Shown here piece by piece: positions 59,685 to 64,000 of a stretch of 64,000 nt of DNA; within the stretch, counting starts at the first letter, position 1, and each line of letters begins with the position of its first letter. Source of the DNA: a virus; the IMG/VR virus record IMGVR_UViG_3300025096_000001, positions 1 through 64,000 of that record; one strand, written 5' to 3'. The notes under the pieces were generated by a model. It did no database searches, was not told where the DNA came from, and worked only from the letters and a program-made list of their open reading frames with translations. The position numbers and the translations under genes are program-made.

Positions 59685-59934
59685 ACGTCGTTTTCCTCGC
59701 TTTTTCTTTTTCTTGTTCTAAGATTTCTTTATTTCCTTCGATATATTCTTTCGTTAACTCGCCAACTTTGTTCTCATCTTTCTTTTTTGTAGTAACATAA
59801 GTTGCACTGGTTAACTGTCTTATCATTGTACCACTTGTAGAGCATAGTGTGCAATCTGTAACAATATCACTGATTGCGTGCATAACTGAGTATGTTTTTT
59901 CACACTCAGTACATCGATAAACATACCTTGGCAT
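59671..59934 (-). CDS. FmdB-family zinc-ribbon protein
   Basis: MPRYVYRCTECEKTYSVMHAISD...CTLCSTSG fits the CxxC-x(n)-CxxC FmdB pattern MPxYxYxCxxC. Confidence 0.65.
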   Translation of the reverse strand: MPRYVYRCTECEKTYSVMHAISDIVTDCTLCSTSGTMIRQLTSATYVTTKKKDENKVGELTKEYIEGNKEILEQEKEKARKTTYEPT

Positions 59935-60186
59935 TTACTTAACCATGTTGGCCAAGTCATCTTCCGTGATCTTTTCTTCACTGGAAACACGAACTGTGGG
60001 TGGATTTTGCACCACTAGTCCATCTGGTGTTGGTACTAAATTAAATCCCTTTAATATGGGTACTATATCAAGCTCATTTAATAAAGATTCTTGCAATGCC
60101 ATCATGACAGCCCCTAAAGCCTGATTAGATAGTTTAAAAGTATCTTCTGTCGTCCCGTTGTCGTTGAAAAATGTATTTTTACTCAT
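59935..60186 (-). CDS. hypothetical protein
   Basis: The ORF track gives 59935..60228. The ATG at 60186 has AAGGAGA 8 nt upstream and removes the overlap with the dehydrogenase gene. Confidence 0.45.
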   Translation of the reverse strand: MSKNTFFNDNGTTEDTFKLSNQALGAVMMALQESLLNELDIVPILKGFNLVPTPDGLVVQNPPTVRVSSEEKITEDDLANMVK

Positions 60187-60190
60187 TTTA

Positions 60191-61057
60191 TTAATCTCCT
60201 TTTTGTTGTTTATTTGAGATGGCGCCATCGATATGGAGCCAATCTTGTTTTGTTCTTACTTGTAAATTCTTTTGCCACGATGCCTTCATTACCAAAGGTT
60301 CTACATCACAATCTTCAAAATAGTTTATGAAAGCATTAATGTCTTTAGGAAAGCACTTTCCTCCGAAGCCATGATTGCCATCGGTGCCCGGAACAAGTGT
60401 GTGCATTGGATTAATCCACCCAGAAGACAATAAGCCTCCCATGACTGCATCCCAGTCTAGATTTTGTTTTTGTGCTACTTGATAAAATTCATTTAAAATT
60501 GATATCTTAACTGCATAGAAACAATTGCAAGCGTATTTTGCAAACTCTGCTGTCTCTGAATCAGTCTGTATTATATTAACATGAGGAAAGCGTTCTCTAT
60601 ATAGCTTTTCGGCATGTTGTCGTGAAGATGGAGAGCCACCTAAAATAATCCTAGAGGGATTGTTAAAATCTAACTTAGCAGTGCGTTCTGACAGAAACTC
60701 TGGATTAAACACAATTCTAGCCTTGGGGTATTTTGTTTCGTATTTTATAGTGGTTCCGGGAATGGCTGTGGACTTGATAATTATTGTTGGCTTATTTGCC
60801 GTGAAATTGTCATTATGTTTATCTATGGATTCCATAACAGAGTCTAAGATCGATAAATCGATGGTATGACCATTAGAAACATCCATTGGTGTTGGAACAC
60901 AAACAAAAATAAAATCACTAGTTTGTATCACTTCTTGAAGCGTATGGCTAGCTAACTTTGGATTAGTATCATATATTTTTATATCATGCCAAAGAGAGAA
61001 TCCGTGCGCGACTGCAGAACCTACAAATCCATTTCCGATTATTCCAATAGTGCTCAT
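60191..61057 (-). CDS. UDP-glucose/GDP-mannose dehydrogenase-family protein, short form lacking the usual C-terminal domain
   Basis: The Rossmann N-terminus is IGIIGNGFVGSAVAHGF and the catalytic Cys block is GFGGKCFPKD. It is about 288 aa, whereas I recall typical family members as about 390-450 aa. The ATG at 61057 forms an ATGA overlap with the upstream stop. Confidence 0.65.
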   Translation of the reverse strand: MSTIGIIGNGFVGSAVAHGFSLWHDIKIYDTNPKLASHTLQEVIQTSDFIFVCVPTPMDVSNGHTIDLSILDSVMESIDKHNDNFTANKPTIIIKSTAIPGTTIKYETKYPKARIVFNPEFLSERTAKLDFNNPSRIILGGSPSSRQHAEKLYRERFPHVNIIQTDSETAEFAKYACNCFYAVKISILNEFYQVAQKQNLDWDAVMGGLLSSGWINPMHTLVPGTDGNHGFGGKCFPKDINAFINYFEDCDVEPLVMKASWQKNLQVRTKQDWLHIDGAISNKQQKGD

Positions 61058-61878
61058 ATTTGCTCTTTCCAAGTCGTATATTTTTGATATACATATTCTG
61101 CATCGGGGTGCCAGCTATGCTCATCTAAAAATAACACAGGGGTCTTATGGGGGTTCCAGTTTTCTTCATATCTAACGCGGTTCTCTGGCCTTGACCAGAC
61201 CACATGGGGAGTATTACAGAGACTAGACATATGCATTGGACCAGATGATGGACCAAAGACGCATTTAGATTCTCCTATAACACCAAAAGTTGTTTGTAGA
61301 TCGACCCCACGAAGATCGTCGGTACCTTCTATTAACAACGATTCAGTTTTACTCCCAATACTTGCCACTTTTCCGCCCAGTAACTTAAGCAGTTTTTGCC
61401 ACTTATTAACACTCCAATTGTCTTCGCTTCTTAAATCTCTATTTCTCGCATGAAACACATAATCATATGAAGTGCTTGTGTTGCCATTAAATATTATATA
61501 TTCAGGTATTATACTAATATTACCAAAGGTGGCGCTTTCTGTGTAGTGTGTAGATGGAGGAAGACCAATTCGACGAGGAGGACAGACTGTAATATTTTCA
61601 TTAAGGTGAAGTTCATTCTCCATTATAAGGCTTCTCAATTCAGTATTTATATCAAAACCGTGCATATAAAAAGAGTCTACCATACCAGTGTGTTTATCGC
61701 AAAACACATATTCATCTGCAAAATCTTTATAGATGTCTTTTGAACCACTTCGGCAAATTATGATTGTCCGGCGAAAGTGTCTTGAGAGTGCGCGCATATA
61801 TCCTTGCCATGCAAACATTTCCCATCCAAATTCTCCGATCCATGGGCCGGCTATTAATGTATTATTTAAGTTGTTCAT
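61054..61878 (-). CDS. glycosyltransferase, GT9 (heptosyltransferase)-like
   Basis: VFGPSSGPMHMSSLCNTPHVVW matches the GT9 block vGnDSGpMHlAaAlgtPvVal. Confidence 0.5.
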   Translation of the reverse strand: MNNLNNTLIAGPWIGEFGWEMFAWQGYMRALSRHFRRTIIICRSGSKDIYKDFADEYVFCDKHTGMVDSFYMHGFDINTELRSLIMENELHLNENITVCPPRRIGLPPSTHYTESATFGNISIIPEYIIFNGNTSTSYDYVFHARNRDLRSEDNWSVNKWQKLLKLLGGKVASIGSKTESLLIEGTDDLRGVDLQTTFGVIGESKCVFGPSSGPMHMSSLCNTPHVVWSRPENRVRYEENWNPHKTPVLFLDEHSWHPDAEYVYQKYTTWKEQI

Positions 61879-62746
61879 AAATCTCTACTATTCTCTTGGC
61901 CCAGTTATTCCTAGTATACTCTTGTACAGTCTTGTGGCCTTGCTCAGCGATCGATTCGGCTTGTTGAGGGTTGTTCAAATAGAATATTATCTTCTCATTT
62001 AAATCTTCAATGCCATTAAATATTACTAAATCATGATTATTTTTAAATATTTCTTTTCGCCCTTCCCAATCGTCCGTAAGTAAAAAACCTTTTGCTGCTA
62101 AAATTTTATACACTCTGTCAGAAGCGCCGTTTGAAGTGCAAAAGTTTAAGTTAACTCTACTCTTGCCAACAGCCAATGCATGTTGGGTTCCATAAGCGTT
62201 TGAAATGATATCAACCTTGGTTTCAATTTTGGAAAGTTTCTCATGTCGGTCGCCATATATGTTCCCAATAAAACTTACATCATATTGTTTATTGGTATCG
62301 TGAGGCTTATCGTTAGTTGAATCAAAACCTTCAAAAACATGATATGAATTATGATTAATCCACGATGCAGCTTCGAAAACATCTTTTTTGTCACAACAAA
62401 AAAAATCAACCAAGCTGGTTTTTATTTGCATTTCTTGATTGTAGGAAACAAGTGGATCCATAAACCAAAGACAAGTTTTTGTCAACATAGAAATTTCATG
62501 AAATGTTTTAAATGAAACTTGATTGCACTTACTAAAAATTACAAAATCAATATTTTTATCAATAACTGTGTCGAGGAGATTTTGATCTCTTGCTTCTGCT
62601 CCAATTTTGGCCGCTTTATCACGATAATTATATCCTATAACTTTAACACCAAGTTCGTTTAAGGCCAGTAATTGTGATGTATTGGTAGACTGAAAGTTTT
62701 TATCAAAGACTCCGACGAACAATATTTTAATCTTAGATAAACTCAT
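61862..62746 (-). CDS. glycosyltransferase, CgeB-like (Glyco_trans_1_2-type C-terminus)
   Basis: SDRVYKILAAKGFLLTDDWEGRKEIF...IEDLNEKIIFYLNNPQQAESIAEQGHKTV matches the CgeB-family C-terminal pattern. Confidence 0.5.
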   Translation of the reverse strand: MSLSKIKILFVGVFDKNFQSTNTSQLLALNELGVKVIGYNYRDKAAKIGAEARDQNLLDTVIDKNIDFVIFSKCNQVSFKTFHEISMLTKTCLWFMDPLVSYNQEMQIKTSLVDFFCCDKKDVFEAASWINHNSYHVFEGFDSTNDKPHDTNKQYDVSFIGNIYGDRHEKLSKIETKVDIISNAYGTQHALAVGKSRVNLNFCTSNGASDRVYKILAAKGFLLTDDWEGRKEIFKNNHDLVIFNGIEDLNEKIIFYLNNPQQAESIAEQGHKTVQEYTRNNWAKRIVEIYEQLK

Positions 62747-63803
62747 CGTTCTTGTGTCGATTTTTGATTCTATCTAAGAACTCGTTTAGGACATGTGGGC
62801 GGCATTTATAATTTCCACAAGGACTATGTTCGAGTGCGGCTACTTTGTCAATCACCTTTTGAACCTGGCCGCTGGTGTGTATTTCTTCAAATGACTGTTC
62901 ATATATATTACCAAAACTGTAATCTGGTTTATCATAGAAAATATTGCAACCATAGCAGCCTCCTTTCGCATCAATCAAAGTTAAGAAGTTATATGCATAA
63001 CATTTTTTATAACAATAGTTGTGTTCTTGGCCTTCAATCTCTGGTAGCTCTTGCATGTTTTTGCTGCGGACCATAACCGTAAAATCCTCAGTACTGCGGG
63101 CCAACAGTCTTTGGCGTAAGTCTTCATCAGTCAAGTTATAAAGCGTCGGATTAGAAGCACTCTTTGGGTGATTATGGTGTGGTTTGAACTGAATATTATC
63201 AACACCAATGTCTTTCATAAGATCGGCAAAATCTTCCATTTCGTGTAAGTTCTCTTCCATGACAATAAATTGTGCACCTATTTCAACTTCTAAACCGTGC
63301 TCTTTTTTATATTCAACTGCTTTTCGCATGTGCTTAATAATTCTATCAAAATCTTTATTTTTGTGAATTGAGTTGTGAGTATCATACGTTGCCGCATCGA
63401 TACTAAATCTAACCCAAGCAAAATATGGCCAGAGGCCCGGGAGGCGCTTAGCAGTTAAAAGGGCGCCGTTAGTAGACATAGAACACTTTAGGCCGCGGCC
63501 GTGTGCAGCTTGTACAAAATCTTCCATGCTTTTATGTAACAATGGTTCTCCTTCGCCGGCAAAATAAATCGATTTTACACCAATATCAGCCATAGAGTGG
63601 ATGGCTCGTACCAATACATCTGTATCGATCAATACTTTACCGTGTGTAATCCAATCAACACTGCAAAAGCTGCAGTAGTGATTACATCGATTTGTTGGAC
63701 CAACTTCTACATGTAGTGGTGTTCCAGCGCCAGTGGAAGCCCATTTGGCTACCTCTTCTGGATAATACATAAGTTTGTGACCATCAACGTCTTTAATTCC
63801 CAT
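62733..63803 (-). CDS. radical SAM enzyme with C-terminal Cys cluster (possible auxiliary Fe-S site)
   Basis: The CxxxCxxC motif is CNHYCSFC and the SAM-binding block is FAGEGEPLL. The C-terminus has YCYKKC, GGCYGC and CGNYKC. Confidence 0.8.
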   Translation of the reverse strand: MGIKDVDGHKLMYYPEEVAKWASTGAGTPLHVEVGPTNRCNHYCSFCSVDWITHGKVLIDTDVLVRAIHSMADIGVKSIYFAGEGEPLLHKSMEDFVQAAHGRGLKCSMSTNGALLTAKRLPGLWPYFAWVRFSIDAATYDTHNSIHKNKDFDRIIKHMRKAVEYKKEHGLEVEIGAQFIVMEENLHEMEDFADLMKDIGVDNIQFKPHHNHPKSASNPTLYNLTDEDLRQRLLARSTEDFTVMVRSKNMQELPEIEGQEHNYCYKKCYAYNFLTLIDAKGGCYGCNIFYDKPDYSFGNIYEQSFEEIHTSGQVQKVIDKVAALEHSPCGNYKCRPHVLNEFLDRIKNRHKNDEFI

Positions 63804-64000
63804 TTTCTTCTAACTCCTTTAACCAATAGTTTAACAGGTCTTGTAATGTTTGTTCAATTGAAATACTCGGACTCCAATTTAAAAGAGTACGCACCTTTGA
63901 GTCATCCGGAATCTGTATCGGGATTTCTACTTTCCTCAAAAATTTTGGCTCAATCTCAAGTTCTACTTTCCCAGTTAATTCGGAAAGTTCAAGCATTATG
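63793..64000 (-). CDS. NAD-dependent sugar epimerase/dehydratase (SDR), C-terminal fragment; gene continues beyond the window end
   Basis: The C-terminus DDSKVRTLLNWSPSISIEQTLQDLLNYW matches the dxsKaxxxLgWxPxxxlexgl pattern of 4,6-dehydratase/epimerase enzymes. The frame is still open at base 64000. Confidence 0.55.
   Translation of the reverse strand, partial: IMLELSELTGKVELEIEPKFLRKVEIPIQIPDDSKVRTLLNWSPSISIEQTLQDLLNYWLKELEENGN

Noticed and set aside
137-63076. All plus-strand ORFs in the six-frame track (for example 1863..2333, 4564..4953, 5648..6109, 9184..9642, 36387..36782, 54460..54852 and 57613..58107).
   Set aside because: Each one lies antisense inside a longer minus-strand ORF that has recognisable domains or SD-supported starts. 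Their translations are low complexity (Ser/Leu/Phe/Cys-rich). None has a convincing SD. They are shadow ORFs.
14481-63803. The leader-bearing small genes considered as RiPP precursors processed by the radical SAM enzyme at 62733..63803.
   Set aside because: The radical SAM gene lies about 47 kb away, embedded in a sugar-nucleotide/glycosyltransferase operon. The supposed cores are 65-340 aa and include folded domains (ParB-fold, PGDYG). No RiPP recognition element, peptidase or transporter genes lie next to them.
1-64000. Prophage boundaries, integrase, transposase, tRNA, rRNA, CRISPR or toxin-antitoxin modules.
   Set aside because: I recognised none. No gap is large enough for a tRNA, since the largest gaps (53-100 nt) are occupied by promoters or terminators. 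No recombinase motifs appear in any frame of the listed ORFs.

Overview
The window is a densely packed segment with every gene on the minus strand. It looks like the interior of a large tailed dsDNA phage genome or of a prophage. I saw no integrase, tRNA, rRNA, CRISPR array or transposase. I call about 58 CDS. Most gaps are under 20 nt, and many junctions are ATGA, TAATG or GTGA start/stop overlaps.

Modules in transcription order (high to low coordinates):
- 64000-60191: a nucleotide-sugar/glycan module with an epimerase/dehydratase fragment, a radical SAM enzyme, CgeB-like and GT9-like glycosyltransferases, and a short UDP-glucose-dehydrogenase-like protein.
- 59934-58655: an FmdB zinc ribbon, a membrane-anchored acidic protein and a sigma-70-family factor.
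- 58364-19744: a roughly 39 kb virion/tail-baseplate module. It has gp25/W-like and baseplate-J-like proteins, LamG-bearing and other giant ORFs (3968, 2147, 1101 and 1004 aa), and several paralog sets.
- 19747-17592: an HExxH mini-protein, a RuvC-like resolvase and two stand-alone chaperone cassettes (Hsp20 and a SlyD-like FKBP). Each cassette has a sigma70-type promoter and an intrinsic terminator.
- 17051-7303: a DnaG-type primase, small genes with a shared N-terminal leader, a single-chain Mre11-Rad50, a ParB-fold protein and an FtsZ/tubulin-like GTPase.
- 7298-6330: small membrane and coiled-coil proteins.
- 5120-1501: large terminase and a T7-type portal.

The most unusual signals:
1. 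Nine genes carry one of two conserved 14-16 residue N-terminal leaders. All nine have I/L/V at residue 12 and E at residue 14. The leader is conserved at DNA level while the protein bodies are unrelated.
2. A ParB-fold gene, an FtsZ-like gene and a leader-class gene are translationally coupled.
3. One single-gene cassette is bracketed by 26-bp direct repeats.

All functional calls come from motif recognition by eye. No database search was run.
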